Of a stretch of 64,000 nt of DNA, positions 1 through 11,180 are shown piece by piece. The position numbers and the translations under genes are program-made. The DNA comes from Cyanophyceae cyanobacterium (GTDB lineage: Bacteria; Cyanobacteriota; Cyanobacteriia; Cyanobacteriales; JBHJGN01): the NCBI GenBank assembly GCA_050331735.1, contig JBHJGN010000066.1, positions 1 through 64,000 of the forward strand, given 5' to 3'. The notes below the pieces were generated by a model. That model saw only the letters and a list, made by a program, of their open reading frames with translations. It was not told the origin of the DNA and made no database searches. Within the stretch, counting starts at the first letter, position 1. Each line of letters begins with the position of its first letter.

Positions 1-297
1 AGACAGTTTTCTCCCAAGACCGCTAAAAAAGTTGATTTGCTCATCAAAATAGCGATGTATCTCATAAATCCTCAGCATTTGCGTAACTGGTTTACCCACT
101 GCTGTTATTGTCCCTCATAAACCTGCAAAGCGCTGTATCTCTCCCCTACCACTCACTCCATATGCAAGACCATCTTCTCTCCTTCAAGTCCTTTCGCCGC
201 CAAAAACCGTACAGACTTACGAGGAAGACTATACGGCTTTTTGACTATGTTGGACCGAATTATTATTTTACAAATGCCGCTGACGCTGACTCCTTGA

Positions 298-2178
298 CTA
301 CTCAACCGTCACGCTCTTTGCCAGATTTCTCGGCTGATCGACATCTAACCCTTTAATCGCGGCAATATGATAAGCCAAGAGCTGCAAGGGCACAACGGCG
401 AGAATTGGCGAGATTAACTCTTCTACACCTGGTACGGTCAACACGTCATCAAAAGTATAGGCTGCTTCGTTAAGGTGGGTCGTCGCAGTTACCCCAATGA
501 GTCGGGCATCTCTGGCTTTCGCCTCTTGGGCGTTAGAAATCACTTTTTCATAGACGCACCCCGGCATGGCGATCGCCACCACTGGTACTTTAGCATCTAG
601 TAGCGCAATCGGACCGTGTTTCAGCTCTCCAGCCGGATAGCCTTCCGCGTGGATATAGCTAATCTCTTTGAGCTTCAAGGCTCCTTCTAGGGCAATAGGA
701 AAGTTAATGCCGCGCCCAATAAAGATGAAATCTTGGGTTTCCGCAAAGTTATGGGCCAGCTCCTCAATCGTCGATTCTTGACTTTCTAAGAGGAGCTCGA
801 TCTGAGACGGCAGATGGGACAGTCCCTGCACAATCGCTGCAATCTTCTCCGGCGCAAGCGTTTGCCGCTGATAGGCTAAATCCAGCGCCAGGAAATAAAA
901 GCCCATCAGTTGAGCCACAAAGGTTTTGGTCGCCGCCACGCCAATTTCTATGCCGGCTTGCGTATCAATAATGCCATCGACAATCTGAGCCAGAGAACTT
1001 TCGGGGCGGTTGGTCAGGCCCAGCAGCCGAGACTGATACCGAGCGGCTAAAGCGCTGCGGCGCTGTTTGTCCATCTCTAAAGCGGCTAGGGTATCGGCCG
1101 TTTCTCCTGATTGGGTAACGCCGATGGTGAGAGTGTTGGCCGTCACTGGGGACGGAGCGTAGCGGAACTCGGAAGCGTATTGAACCGCTGTCGGCAGTCC
1201 GGCAATCTGTTCGATCAGGTGCTTGCCGACCAGACTGGCATGCCAGCTTGTGCCACAGGCAATAATTTGGACCTGTTCGATGTCTTGAGTCAGGGAGTCT
1301 AACCCTAAAGTAACGGGGGAAGTGCCCTGCTCCTGCCAGTGAGGGTTGATGTAGAAATCGAGGCCGTTGCGGACCACGCTCGGCTGCTCGTAGATTTCCT
1401 TGAGCATGAAGTGGCGAAAGCCCTGCTTCTCTGCCAGCACCGGATTGAGATTGAGAATCCGGGGCATTTTCTTGAGGCGATCGCCCCCAAAGCTGTAGAC
1501 TTCAGCGCCTAGGGGAGTAAGCCGCGCCATTTCGCCGTTTTCGAGGGGCAGCACCGCGCGGGTATAGGGTACAATCGCCGTGACGTCCGAAGCGCAGAAA
1601 AATTCTCCCTGCCCAAAGCCCAAAACAATTGGAGCCTGCTGGCGAGCCACGATCATTTCATCTGGATAGTCGGCACAGACGACGGCAATGGCAAACGCTC
1701 CTTGAAGCTGATTAACCGCTTGCCGTACTGCTGCTAGAAACGCCTCTCCTCCCGATGCGGCCTCTTTCAAATTTTGGGCAATCAGATGGGGAATTACTTC
1801 GGTATCGGTATCGGAACGAAACTGATGCCCCTGCCCCTGAAGCTGCTCCCGGAGCTCTCGATAGTTTTCAACGATGCCGTTTTGCACCACGGCAATCCGC
1901 ATCGCCATATCCAGATGAGGATGAGCATTGTGTTCTTCTGGTTTGCCGTGGGTGGCCCAGCGGGTATGACCAATGCCCACCTGACCGACATAAATTTCCC
2001 GCTCTAGTTTTTCCCGCAGGTTATACAGCTTTCCCTTGGCTCGAATTGAGCGAATATCTCCTTCGGAAATAATCGCCACTCCAGCCGAATCGTAGCCTCG
2101 ATACTCAAGCCTCTCTAATCCGGCTACCAATACTTCTGTCGCGCTTTGAGTACCGACATAGCCCACAATTCCACACAT
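298..2178 (-). CDS. glmS: Glutamine--fructose-6-phosphate transaminase (isomerizing)
   Basis: N-terminal MCGIVG (catalytic Cys1, so ATG at 2178 preferred over 2187), GHTRWATHG, C-terminal DQPRNLAKSVTVE. Confidence 0.98.
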   Translation of the reverse strand: MCGIVGYVGTQSATEVLVAGLERLEYRGYDSAGVAIISEGDIRSIRAKGKLYNLREKLEREIYVGQVGIGHTRWATHGKPEEHNAHPHLDMAMRIAVVQNGIVENYRELREQLQGQGHQFRSDTDTEVIPHLIAQNLKEAASGGEAFLAAVRQAVNQLQGAFAIAVVCADYPDEMIVARQQAPIVLGFGQGEFFCASDVTAIVPYTRAVLPLENGEMARLTPLGAEVYSFGGDRLKKMPRILNLNPVLAEKQGFRHFMLKEIYEQPSVVRNGLDFYINPHWQEQGTSPVTLGLDSLTQDIEQVQIIACGTSWHASLVGKHLIEQIAGLPTAVQYASEFRYAPSPVTANTLTIGVTQSGETADTLAALEMDKQRRSALAARYQSRLLGLTNRPESSLAQIVDGIIDTQAGIEIGVAATKTFVAQLMGFYFLALDLAYQRQTLAPEKIAAIVQGLSHLPSQIELLLESQESTIEELAHNFAETQDFIFIGRGINFPIALEGALKLKEISYIHAEGYPAGELKHGPIALLDAKVPVVAIAMPGCVYEKVISNAQEAKARDARLIGVTATTHLNEAAYTFDDVLTVPGVEELISPILAVVPLQLLAYHIAAIKGLDVDQPRNLAKSVTVE

Positions 2179-2294
2179 AGCCTCCACTCCTATAACTCAC
2201 ACCAAAATGATCAATACTTTCTCGCCACTTTTTAGGAAACCGTCTTGGCACTCACCCCGAAGCAAAACTTAACTCAAAAGTTCCCGCTCAGTCC

Positions 2295-2867
2295 CTAAAA
2301 GTTATCATTCTCTGGTTGAGGCGTAAACACTCCGTTCGCACTCGCTGCGCCTGAATCTTTGAAGAACAAGTTACCTGCCGAATCGTTTTGATAAACGCAT
2401 TTAATCTCCGGCGATCCCTCCAGCGGCCCCGTGTAGGCAAACGTATTCATCCGTCTTTTACAGTCGCTGACCTGTTCGTTGGAAACCAGATTTTGCCGTT
2501 CTAAAATAGACCAGTTGTTACGCCGCAGCACACACCCGGGTTCCATGTGGGGCTGCGTGACAAACACGCTGAACGGATTGAGGGTCACGAACAATCTCAT
2601 ATCGGTGACGATGGCGCTCGCCCCATACTGAACGCAAAGTTCAGGGTTAGGCGCACTGCGGTCGATCACCTCCCGCGAAGCCACGTTTTCGGGGTTGAAG
2701 GTAGCGGTAGAGCTAAAGGCAATTCCCACGCCAATGCCGATGACAAAGATGACTCCTAAAAGAGCGACCGAAGCATAATTGACGTTGAAAAAGGAGGCTA
2801 TTCCTCCCGAGGAGGAAGCAGCTCTAGGCGGCGGGGCCGAGCGAGGAGCATATCGATTTCGTTTCAT
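2295..2867 (-). CDS. Conserved cyanobacterial membrane-anchored protein (DUF3172-like)
   Basis: One TM helix, then NVASREVIDRSAPNPELCVQYGASA and PGCVLRRNNW motifs typical of this family. Confidence 0.8.
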   Translation of the reverse strand: MKRNRYAPRSAPPPRAASSSGGIASFFNVNYASVALLGVIFVIGIGVGIAFSSTATFNPENVASREVIDRSAPNPELCVQYGASAIVTDMRLFVTLNPFSVFVTQPHMEPGCVLRRNNWSILERQNLVSNEQVSDCKRRMNTFAYTGPLEGSPEIKCVYQNDSAGNLFFKDSGAASANGVFTPQPENDNF

Positions 2868-2950
2868 GGCGTTCGCGTTAATCTAGCTGGACAGCACTTT
2901 TATTCTAAACAAAGTTAAGCGGGATACAAGGAGAAAATTACCCCCTTGCT

Positions 2951-4879
2951 CTAGGGCTGAATCGGTTCAGTGATCGTTTCGAGGGCAACGTCCGAAGCCG
3001 ACGCTTGAATCGGCACTTCCTCGACCTGCGGCAGCTTTTCCAAGGCTAAACGAGAGGAAGGAGTTTGCCCAGAGAGCCGCTTGAGCAGCTTGGGTCGGGG
3101 GTCGTGGAGCAGATAGATAATTTCATCTCCTGAGCGCCATTCTTCTGAAGCTTTAACCACCTGAAGATTGCGATTGCGTCTGACCAGGAGAGGCATCAGT
3201 TCTTTGGTGCGAACGAGGGCTTTCAGGTGGGCCTGCTGAAAAGCCAGTCCGGGGTCTTTGAGCAGCGTTTTCCCCAACTTCACCTGACCCTCATCAATGT
3301 ACTGATTCCACGTTTTGATCGGAACTTCCGTCACGAAAGCCGGAGTCACTTTCGTCTTGCTGGTCGAACTATCCTGATTGGGGGGAAGCACAGCAAATAC
3401 TCGTGGCGGTCTGAACTCCTCTGCCGCCCGCTGAGCAAGCACCAAGTTCACTCCACCATTACTGGTTAAGGCCAAAAAAGTGCCCATAGATTCAATTCCG
3501 GCTTCTTCTAACACTTCAGGATCGAGTCCGCTACTCTGAAATACCTGAAGGTTTTCAGCTTCTGCTTTACGACAAGCTTCTGGGTCGGTATCAATGAGCA
3601 CAACACTTTCGCCTTGCTCCTGAAATAGCCGCCCGATCAGCCGACCAAGAGAATTACAGCCAATAATAACGGCGCCTTGCTCTTCACAGGAGGTAATTTG
3701 TAGCCAGCGGGCCACGAACCGCGCCGATAAGCCTTGAATAAAAACCGTCATCATAATGGTGAGGAAGACCAGCGCTTTGATGGAGTCTCCCCCGTTGATG
3801 CCTCGTTGCGTTAGCAAGATCGCAAACAAAGACGCGACAGAGGCCGAGACAATTCCTTTCGGCGCTACCCACGCCAAAAAAAACTTATGTCGCCAGTTCA
3901 TCCCGTTACTCCAGGTACAGACGGCAACGCTCAAAGGTCGCACAACAAACATGAGCGCTAGAACGGTCAGCACACTGCCCCAGCCGAGGGCGAAGATGCT
4001 GGCAATCGAGAGATCGGCAGCCAGCAGGATAAAGAGGACCGAGACACAAAGCACCGTAAGCTGACCTTTGAAGCGGCGCAGCAGTCGTTCTTCGGGAAGA
4101 GAGGAGGCTCTCAGCACAATGCCAGCAACAACGGTGGCCATCAGCCCAGATTCGCTCCGGATGGCCTGGGCGGTGCCAAATATCCCCCAGACCCCGGCTA
4201 AAACAACCAGATTTTTGAGCTCCTCGGTCAAAAACTCAGTCCGCTTTAAGATCCAGCCGAGCAGCCAACTGCTGGTAGCACCGATCGCTCCACCGATTCC
4301 TAAGCGCAACAGCAGTCCGCTCACAATTTCCACCGGATTGGCGTTGCTGTTTAAAATTGTATCTAGCACCACCACGGCTAAAATGGCTCCCACTGGGTCG
4401 ATGAGTACCCCTTCGCCTTCAAGAAGAGTGGCCACGCGCCGATCGACAGACACCTGCTTGAGGAGAGGGCCAATCACGGTTGGTCCAGTCACAACCACCA
4501 ACGACGCATAGAGAAAGGCAATCGACCAGGGAAATTCTGACAGCCAGTGAGCGGCCATGCCGCCTCCAACTAGGGTAATTAAAGTGCCCACGGTGACTAA
4601 GTTGCGCAGGCTGCCAGACACCCGACCCAGATCGCGGAGCTCTAGGTTCAGTCCACCTTCAAACAAAATAATGGCGACCGAAAGCGCCACAATGACCTCT
4701 AAGCCAGCTCCTAGCTGATTGGGATGAAGCAAATTTAGTCCGTCTGACCCCAACAGAATGCCAAACAGCAGCAAAAACACAATGCTCGGGACTTTAAGAT
4801 ATTCGGCCAAAACCTGAGCGCTAATGCCTGCCAGAACAGCCATCACGATTTGCAGAGTCAATTCAAATGAGTCTTCCAT
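2951..4879 (-). CDS. CPA1 cation:proton antiporter with C-terminal TrkA-N (RCK) domain
   Basis: About 12 TM segments, ILFEGG, LEGEGVLIDP, then GxxxxG Rossmann motif (IIGCNSLG). Confidence 0.9.
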   Translation of the reverse strand: MEDSFELTLQIVMAVLAGISAQVLAEYLKVPSIVFLLLFGILLGSDGLNLLHPNQLGAGLEVIVALSVAIILFEGGLNLELRDLGRVSGSLRNLVTVGTLITLVGGGMAAHWLSEFPWSIAFLYASLVVVTGPTVIGPLLKQVSVDRRVATLLEGEGVLIDPVGAILAVVVLDTILNSNANPVEIVSGLLLRLGIGGAIGATSSWLLGWILKRTEFLTEELKNLVVLAGVWGIFGTAQAIRSESGLMATVVAGIVLRASSLPEERLLRRFKGQLTVLCVSVLFILLAADLSIASIFALGWGSVLTVLALMFVVRPLSVAVCTWSNGMNWRHKFFLAWVAPKGIVSASVASLFAILLTQRGINGGDSIKALVFLTIMMTVFIQGLSARFVARWLQITSCEEQGAVIIGCNSLGRLIGRLFQEQGESVVLIDTDPEACRKAEAENLQVFQSSGLDPEVLEEAGIESMGTFLALTSNGGVNLVLAQRAAEEFRPPRVFAVLPPNQDSSTSKTKVTPAFVTEVPIKTWNQYIDEGQVKLGKTLLKDPGLAFQQAHLKALVRTKELMPLLVRRNRNLQVVKASEEWRSGDEIIYLLHDPRPKLLKRLSGQTPSSRLALEKLPQVEEVPIQASASDVALETITEPIQP

Positions 4880-5302
4880 AGGCTTATAAACTGTGCAGGA
4901 TCTTAGTAGTCACTAACTAGGAGGCGACTACACCAGGGATAAATAGATTAGCCCTCTCTCTTCAGTACAACATTTTATCAACTGAACGTTTTGTCTTCAT
5001 CAGACATGAGCTAGAGATGTCGCTCGTTTGGGACTTGATGAGTGATTTGGCTGGCTTTAATGCTCATTCAAAGATACTTAACTAACTTGTGACTGAGAAA
5101 AGAAAAAATTGGCTAGAGTCTTTGCGGTGGTTAGGCTTGGAGGTGAGACAAACCCCAAAAATTACTCGCTTTAGCATGTTTTAATATTTACAAGCTTATA
5201 TTTGTTTGCTTGGGTCTTTCTAAAAAGATCTAATCTTGTTAGAGGTGAGAAGGCTAATTGAAGGGCTCGCAAGACAAACAATCGTTTTTTATTTGAGAGT
5301 TT

Positions 5303-6940
5303 ATGCGTCGTCAAGCTTATACGTGGGGTCGGTCTAGCAGTCAACTGCGGCAGGAGGAGCGCTGGCTAGAATCTTTGTGCGTCGTCGGACTCCTGGTGGC
5401 TGCTTTAATTCTCTACTGCACTAATCTCGGGAGTCTGCCGCTGCGAGACTGGGATGAAGGAACCGTTGCCCAGATAGCCAAGGAAATCTGGCAGGCCCCA
5501 CGGGGGTCTTCAACCTGGCTGTTCCCGACGCTGTGGGGAGAACCTTACTTTAATAAACCGCCGCTGCTGCATAATGCGATCGCTCTCTGCTATGCTCTGA
5601 TTGGCGTCAACGAATGGTCAGCACGGCTACCGGGAGCGGTGCTGAGTGCCTGTAGCGTTCCGCTCCTTTACAGTGTCGGCAGAGCCATTTTTGTGGCTCG
5701 CATGCCCGCTATGTTTGCAGCCTTGGTTTACCTGACGTTTTTGCCGGTGGTGCGTCAAGGGCGACTCGCCATGCTCGATGGCGCCGTGTTGTGCTTCAGC
5801 CTGCTCGCAATCTGGTGCGTTTTGCGAGCGCGTCGCGACTTACGTGCCTGTCTCGGGGCTGGTTTGGCCTTCTCTTTGATCGGTCTTACTAAAGGAGCTA
5901 TTGTGCTCCTCATTGGAGTCATCGCGGTCGCGTTTCTGCTGTGGGATACGCCCCGGTTGTTTCGTTCTGTTTATTTCTGGGGCGGCTTGCTGCTCGGCAG
6001 TATCCCTGTCGTTTCCTGGTATAGCGCTCAGTGGCAGCGTTATCAAACGGCTTTTATCGATCAACACTTCCTTGAGCAGAGCCTTCAGCGTGTTTATGCC
6101 GTCGTCGAAGGCAACAGCGGACCGCCTTGGTACTACCTGGGAGAATTGATGAAGTACTCCTGGCCTTGGTTAATTTTTAGCGTCTGGGGACTAGGATTCG
6201 CGTGGAGATATCGCAACTGGGGCTGGGCCAAGTTAGTGCTGCTGTGGAGCGGAATTTATTTCGCTGCCGTGACCTTCATGCCGACCAAACTCCCCTGGTA
6301 CCTCTTACCCATTTATCCGGCTTTAGCTCTAGCCGCTGGGGTACAGCTTGCTGAAATCTGCCGACTGCCTAGCTATGCTGCTTATCCAAAAGCCTGGAGG
6401 GTTTTATTCCAGATCCTTGCTCTTTGCTGTAGCGTCGGTAATCTTTATCTTGCCTGGGCGACTGGCGATTTTTATCTAGTGGTGGTTCTGTCGGCGCTGA
6501 CTTTAACTCTATGGGTCGCAACCATCCTGCTCATGCGGCGCGATCTACAGTTTATCCCTGTCCTGTTTTGGGGGGTATACATTTCGCTGCTTCTGTTTGT
6601 GTCTACTCCCCACTGGAACTGGGAGCTGAACGAGGCTTATCCGGTCAGACACGTAGCAGACCTGATTAGATTGAGAGTTCCAGCCACTGAGATTGTTTAT
6701 ACCTCCTTTGACTACGAACGCCCTTCTTTAAATTTCTATAGCGAACATCAAGTGATTCCAGCGGCAGATTCCCAATTGCAGATACTCTGGAAACAAAAGC
6801 TGCCGTACCTCCTGCTAGACACAGAAACGCTGGAACGATTTCAGAACCAACAGCTCTTGAAATCGTTCCGCATCATTGGGACTGCCGAGCCTCACTGGGT
6901 ATTAGTTACTAAAGCTGATGAATCGCTCATAGCGCAGTAA
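5303..6940 (+). CDS. GT-C glycosyltransferase, family 39 / ArnT-like
   Basis: LRDWDEG, YFNKPPL, EWSARLP, TKG and PWYY motifs; polytopic membrane protein. Confidence 0.88.
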   Translation: MRRQAYTWGRSSSQLRQEERWLESLCVVGLLVAALILYCTNLGSLPLRDWDEGTVAQIAKEIWQAPRGSSTWLFPTLWGEPYFNKPPLLHNAIALCYALIGVNEWSARLPGAVLSACSVPLLYSVGRAIFVARMPAMFAALVYLTFLPVVRQGRLAMLDGAVLCFSLLAIWCVLRARRDLRACLGAGLAFSLIGLTKGAIVLLIGVIAVAFLLWDTPRLFRSVYFWGGLLLGSIPVVSWYSAQWQRYQTAFIDQHFLEQSLQRVYAVVEGNSGPPWYYLGELMKYSWPWLIFSVWGLGFAWRYRNWGWAKLVLLWSGIYFAAVTFMPTKLPWYLLPIYPALALAAGVQLAEICRLPSYAAYPKAWRVLFQILALCCSVGNLYLAWATGDFYLVVVLSALTLTLWVATILLMRRDLQFIPVLFWGVYISLLLFVSTPHWNWELNEAYPVRHVADLIRLRVPATEIVYTSFDYERPSLNFYSEHQVIPAADSQLQILWKQKLPYLLLDTETLERFQNQQLLKSFRIIGTAEPHWVLVTKADESLIAQ

Positions 6941-7010
6941 TGCCAAGGACTGAAGCCTCAGCCAGTCTGTTTAAGGCAGCAGCCGGAGTTTCCAACCGCT
7001 GAACAAGGAT

Positions 7011-7412
7011 CTATGCAATGTCCTCCTCAAACCCATCTTCCCCCAATTGCTTGAGATGAATGTGCTTGCGACCCAAGGTAATTTCAAATTCGTCTCCGGG
7101 TTTGAGCCCCATCTTTTTAGTGTAGGCAGAGCCAATTAGTAAATTCCCGTTAGACTGAACGCTAATCCGATAGCTAGCAGAACGTCCGCCGCGTCCGTGT
7201 CCGTTAATACTGCTATCTAGTTCAATCCCTTCTGCATCAATCAAAGCATTGAGGAATTTCATCATGTTGACTCTTTCTACACCGTTTTTGGTCACGGTAT
7301 AGTATCCGCAAGCCCTTGCTTTTTCCTCTTTACTGAGATTTCCTAGTTCTTTAACTTTCTTAATTAACTCTTCGCCAGTTAAAGGTTCAGGTTGGTTCTT
7401 TTTCGCCATCAA
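7011..7412 (-). CDS. Cyanobacterial AbrB-like transcriptional regulator (cyAbrB)
   Basis: LTGEELIKKVKEL...ACGY, SVQSNGNLLIGSAYT, GDEFEITLGRKHIHL. Confidence 0.93.
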   Translation of the reverse strand: MMAKKNQPEPLTGEELIKKVKELGNLSKEEKARACGYYTVTKNGVERVNMMKFLNALIDAEGIELDSSINGHGRGGRSASYRISVQSNGNLLIGSAYTKKMGLKPGDEFEITLGRKHIHLKQLGEDGFEEDIA

Positions 7413-7696
7413 CTTAAACTACAATAAATAACTGATATGGTTGACAATCTTCTTGCCTAAAGCTGAATTTAGCCCGTGCAATAAAATTTGAATTTTTTAT
7501 CGCGCCATTCTATCTATATTACACGTAGAAAGCTAAATCGATTCAAAATTTCTTCAGTATCAGTTAGTTGACTTCAACCTTACAAAAATTGTTTTACGAA
7601 AGTTCTCCGCTGTCGGTTTTGTCCGCTTAGCTATCAGCAGGTTTTGCTCGATCAAAATCAAGACAATTTAACTAAATCTGTTAAAGTACAGACAGT

Positions 7697-8140
7697 ATGA
7701 AGTTAACAACCCGCGGACACTATAGCGTCAAAGCTCTTCTTGACCTCAGTTTACAGCCCGATTACGGACCGACTTCCGTTAAAGCCATTGCCCGACGTCA
7801 AGATTTACCAGCTCCTTATCTTGAAAAGTTGCTCATCAAAATGAGACAGGCTGGATTAGTTCGGTCCGTGAGAGGAGCGCAGGGGGGGTATCAATTAGCT
7901 TGCGCTCCTCAGCAGATTTCTCTGGGACAAATTTTAGCAGCCGTTGACGAAACAATTGACCCCCTTCCTCGCCACAATGCCAATGCCACTCAAGCCGAAG
8001 ATTGGGTGACGTTTAGCCTATGGAAGCGACTGCATCAAAAACTAAAAGAAGCCCTGTATACCATTACTCTGGCCGATCTTTATTACGACGCTCGCAGTTG
8101 GCAAGCCTCCCAAGGAGAAGACACTAGCTTTGTTGTTTAA
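7697..8140 (+). CDS. Rrf2 family transcriptional regulator
   Basis: MKLTTRGHYSV, YLEKLL, VRSVRGAQGGYQL. Confidence 0.92.
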   Translation: MKLTTRGHYSVKALLDLSLQPDYGPTSVKAIARRQDLPAPYLEKLLIKMRQAGLVRSVRGAQGGYQLACAPQQISLGQILAAVDETIDPLPRHNANATQAEDWVTFSLWKRLHQKLKEALYTITLADLYYDARSWQASQGEDTSFVV

Positions 8141-8458
8141 ATAACCGACGTTTGCTTGAGATGAGCACTAGAAATTATTGCTGTTTGTTAATTGCGGATT
8201 GTTGATAGTTTGTAAAAATGTACTTCTCCCAGTCAAGAATCGGCAAGAGGGGGACAGGTAATCGATCGACAGTGGGCTTGATATCGATTGAAATCTATCC
8301 AGTTAGCAAGGAACCGATTCGATTGTCTTTTCTTGAGAAGGTTAACGAATTGATGTAGCAGTATTTATACTTAATAATTTTTTTTATCCAGTCAACCGTT
8401 ATGTTTGCCAGCTTCACTATTTCTAGTTTCCGTTATTCGTTTATTGGTATTGGCAGCA

Positions 8459-9439
8459 ATGGTGCTATTTGAAGAGTGGAGGAATCTGGTTACGCTTGCC
8501 CTAGCTGCTGGCCTCGACTACTTAATCGGCGATCCCTGGGGCTGGCTGCATCCGGTGCAGGTCATGGGCTGGGAGATTTCGCGGTTGACTCGGCTGAGCC
8601 TCAAGACCTCCTCCCCGGGCTGGCAGCGCCGTTTAGCGGGTATTGGTTTAGGAACAGTCATCATTATCGGTAGTGGCTTCACCGCTTGGGCGTTAGTACA
8701 AACCACTGCTCACATCCATGCTGACTTTGGCACTGCGACAGCCGTTGTCATGCTAGCGAGCTGTTTTGCTGGTCGTAGTTTACGTCTAGCCGCTCTAGAT
8801 GTTCTCAAGCCCCTGGAGGCCGGAGATATTGATGAAGCCCGTTCCAAACTGAGTCTTTATGTTGGCAGAGACACGGAAAAACTGACAGAGGCAGAAATCT
8901 TACGGGCTGTGCTAGAAACCGTCGCTGAAAATACCACCGATGGCGTGACGGCTCCCCTGTTCTATGCAGCAGTCGGCCTCTTGATTCCTGGACTGGGAAG
9001 TGCTCCTGTAGCGATCGCCTACAAAGCCGCGAGTACCCTCGATTCTACCATTGGCTACCGCCAAGACCCCTATACCGACTTAGGCTGGTTTAGTGCTCGT
9101 CTCGAAGACGTTATCACCTGGCTTCCCTGCCGCTTAACGGTACTTACCATTGCCTTACTTGCCAGAAAACCTCGGCAGGTTTGGCGGCTGTGTCGTCGAG
9201 ATGCGGTTAAAGATCCCAGCCCTAACTCGGGCTGGAGCGAATGTGCTTTTGCAGCAGCGTTAGCAGTCCAGTTAGGCGGAGTTAATACTTACGGCGGCGT
9301 TGTCAAGCACAAACCGCTGCTCGGAGAGCCTCATTCTGCCATTACGCCTCAGAAAGTTAACCAAGCTTTACAGCTCACCCGTACCTGTTTTCTCCTCTGG
9401 CTAGCGAGCATTCTCGCTGTGGCTTTGATTTACAATTAA
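8459..9439 (+). CDS. cbiB: Adenosylcobinamide-phosphate synthase CbiB/CobD
   Basis: GDP..HPV, VGRDT, ETVAENTTDG, SPNSGW motifs; start uncertain (8405-8476). Confidence 0.93.
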   Translation: MVLFEEWRNLVTLALAAGLDYLIGDPWGWLHPVQVMGWEISRLTRLSLKTSSPGWQRRLAGIGLGTVIIIGSGFTAWALVQTTAHIHADFGTATAVVMLASCFAGRSLRLAALDVLKPLEAGDIDEARSKLSLYVGRDTEKLTEAEILRAVLETVAENTTDGVTAPLFYAAVGLLIPGLGSAPVAIAYKAASTLDSTIGYRQDPYTDLGWFSARLEDVITWLPCRLTVLTIALLARKPRQVWRLCRRDAVKDPSPNSGWSECAFAAALAVQLGGVNTYGGVVKHKPLLGEPHSAITPQKVNQALQLTRTCFLLWLASILAVALIYN

Positions 9440-9443
9440 ATTT

Positions 9444-10091
9444 GTGATTCCCAGAAGATACCAGAGACTGAAAGAAGGATTAGAGCGGCGGCAGCCAGAT
9501 TTAGCCGTTCTGATGGAAAATGTCCATAAACCTCACAACCTAGCGGCGGTCTTACGCACCTGCGACGCGGTGGGAGCGTTTCGCATTCATACGGTGAATG
9601 AATTTGCTCCCTTACCAACCTTCGATCAAGTAGCGAGGGGCAGTCAAAAATGGGTGCAGCTACAAACCCATCCTCATATTAAAGAAGCCATTATTCATCT
9701 CAAAAAGCAGCATTTTAATATCTATGCCGCACACTGGAGCGAATCTTCCCAAGACTTCAGAAACATAGACTATACCCAGCCCACTGTTCTCCTGATGGGG
9801 GCTGAAAAGTGGGGGGTAAGTGAAGAGGCCGCGTCTTTAGCAGACGGTCACATTATTATTCCGATGCTGGGGATGGTGAAGTCTCTCAACGTTTCGGTGG
9901 CGGCGGCTGTAATTCTGTTTGAGGCGCAGCGACAGCGACTTGAAGCCGGGTTTTATAACCACATTCGCCTTGACCCAGAAACTTATACAAAAACACTGTT
10001 TGAGTGGTGTTATCCAGAGTTAGCGAGCTCATATCGCGAGAGAGGGATTCCGTATCCTTCCCTCGGACCCAATGGAGAAATTCTATCCTGA
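9444..10091 (+). CDS. trmH: tRNA (guanosine-18-2'-O)-methyltransferase
   Basis: KPHNLAAVLRTCDAVG, GAEKWG, IPMLGMVKSLNVSVA (SPOUT fold). Confidence 0.92.
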   Translation: MIPRRYQRLKEGLERRQPDLAVLMENVHKPHNLAAVLRTCDAVGAFRIHTVNEFAPLPTFDQVARGSQKWVQLQTHPHIKEAIIHLKKQHFNIYAAHWSESSQDFRNIDYTQPTVLLMGAEKWGVSEEAASLADGHIIIPMLGMVKSLNVSVAAAVILFEAQRQRLEAGFYNHIRLDPETYTKTLFEWCYPELASSYRERGIPYPSLGPNGEILS

Positions 10092-10179
10092 TGGCGTGAA
10101 GGGGGCAAGGGTAAGGGGCAAAGGGGAAAGGCACAAGCTAGTCTGAGCAAAAGAATGTTCCTAGCAATAACCGACGACA

Positions 10180-10569
10180 TCAACCACCAACAACAGCAAT
10201 ACACTCAATTTCTACGAGGACATCCTTGGGTAAGCGCGACACCTCCACACAGACACGGGCAGGAGCTTTATCTTCGTCAAAATGCTGAGCGTACACCTGA
10301 TTCATGGCGGTGAAATTCTGTAAATCCGTCAAAAACACGGTGGTTTTCACCACATCCTGCCAGCCAGCACCAGCCGCTTCGAGAATCGCTTCGATGTTTG
10401 TCATCACCTGCTGTGTCTGCCCAGCTACGTCTTCCCCAACCAGATTCCCCGTTTGCGGATTGAGGGGAATTTGTCCGGCGACAAAGAGCATCTCTCCTCG
10501 GGCAGCGATCGCCTGACTGTAGGGGCCAACGGGGGCAGGGGCGGTGGATGTGCGAATGACTCTCGGCAT
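10180..10569 (-). CDS. RidA/YjgF family enamine deaminase
   Basis: [35 protein letters not shown]. Confidence 0.92.
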   Translation of the reverse strand: MPRVIRTSTAPAPVGPYSQAIAARGEMLFVAGQIPLNPQTGNLVGEDVAGQTQQVMTNIEAILEAAGAGWQDVVKTTVFLTDLQNFTAMNQVYAQHFDEDKAPARVCVEVSRLPKDVLVEIECIAVVGG

Positions 10570-10574
10570 GGGCA

Positions 10575-11009
10575 TTAGGTGGATAAGTGGGGGCGGATGT
10601 GATGGTAGCGATAGCGCCAGTAATCTTTGAGAATGCGATCATGATCGAAGCACAGATTTGTTGGCAGTTCCCAAGAGTGGCAAATACGGAGGGTTTGAGC
10701 ATCGTCAGCGGCTTGGGGAGTGCCTTGGGCCGTGGCGATAAACACAATACTAAGAGTATGCTGGCGCGGGTCGCGTTCGGGGTCAGAATAGACCCCAAAC
10801 TGCTCGACTAATTCTACCTCTAGGCTAACCTCTTCTTTGGCTTCCCGTCGCGCGGCGGTTTCTACCGCTTCCCCATAGTCTACAAATCCCCCCGGTAGCG
10901 CCCACCCAGAAGGAGGATTTTGGCGTTCAATTAGAACGATCGGTCGATGAGGCTGGTCAATCAGTTCGATAATAATGTCTACTGTCGGCGCCGGGTTTCG
11001 GGGAGTCAC
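10575..11009 (-). CDS. NUDIX hydrolase
   Basis: Nudix box [28 protein letters not shown]. Confidence 0.92.
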   Translation of the reverse strand: MTPRNPAPTVDIIIELIDQPHRPIVLIERQNPPSGWALPGGFVDYGEAVETAARREAKEEVSLEVELVEQFGVYSDPERDPRQHTLSIVFIATAQGTPQAADDAQTLRICHSWELPTNLCFDHDRILKDYWRYRYHHIRPHLST

Positions 11010-11180
11010 ACTTTCTCACTGTAATCCGATTGACCTATATTATTCATCATTAGCGACCAGCAATCAACTTTCTGAGTAGCTAGATAGAATTGAATCTACG
11101 TTAGCTAGTGGCTGTTCGCTTTTCTTGCCTGTCTTGATTCTGTTTTAACTGACCTACGCCTACTTATTTTAAAAGCGAGA

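Noticed and set aside
108..356. 82-aa plus-strand ORF
   Set aside because: Overlaps the glmS 3' end antisense and has no recognisable motif
8141..8458. Possible cobalamin riboswitch upstream of cbiB
   Set aside because: No B12-box or GGGAA…GCCACTG core found
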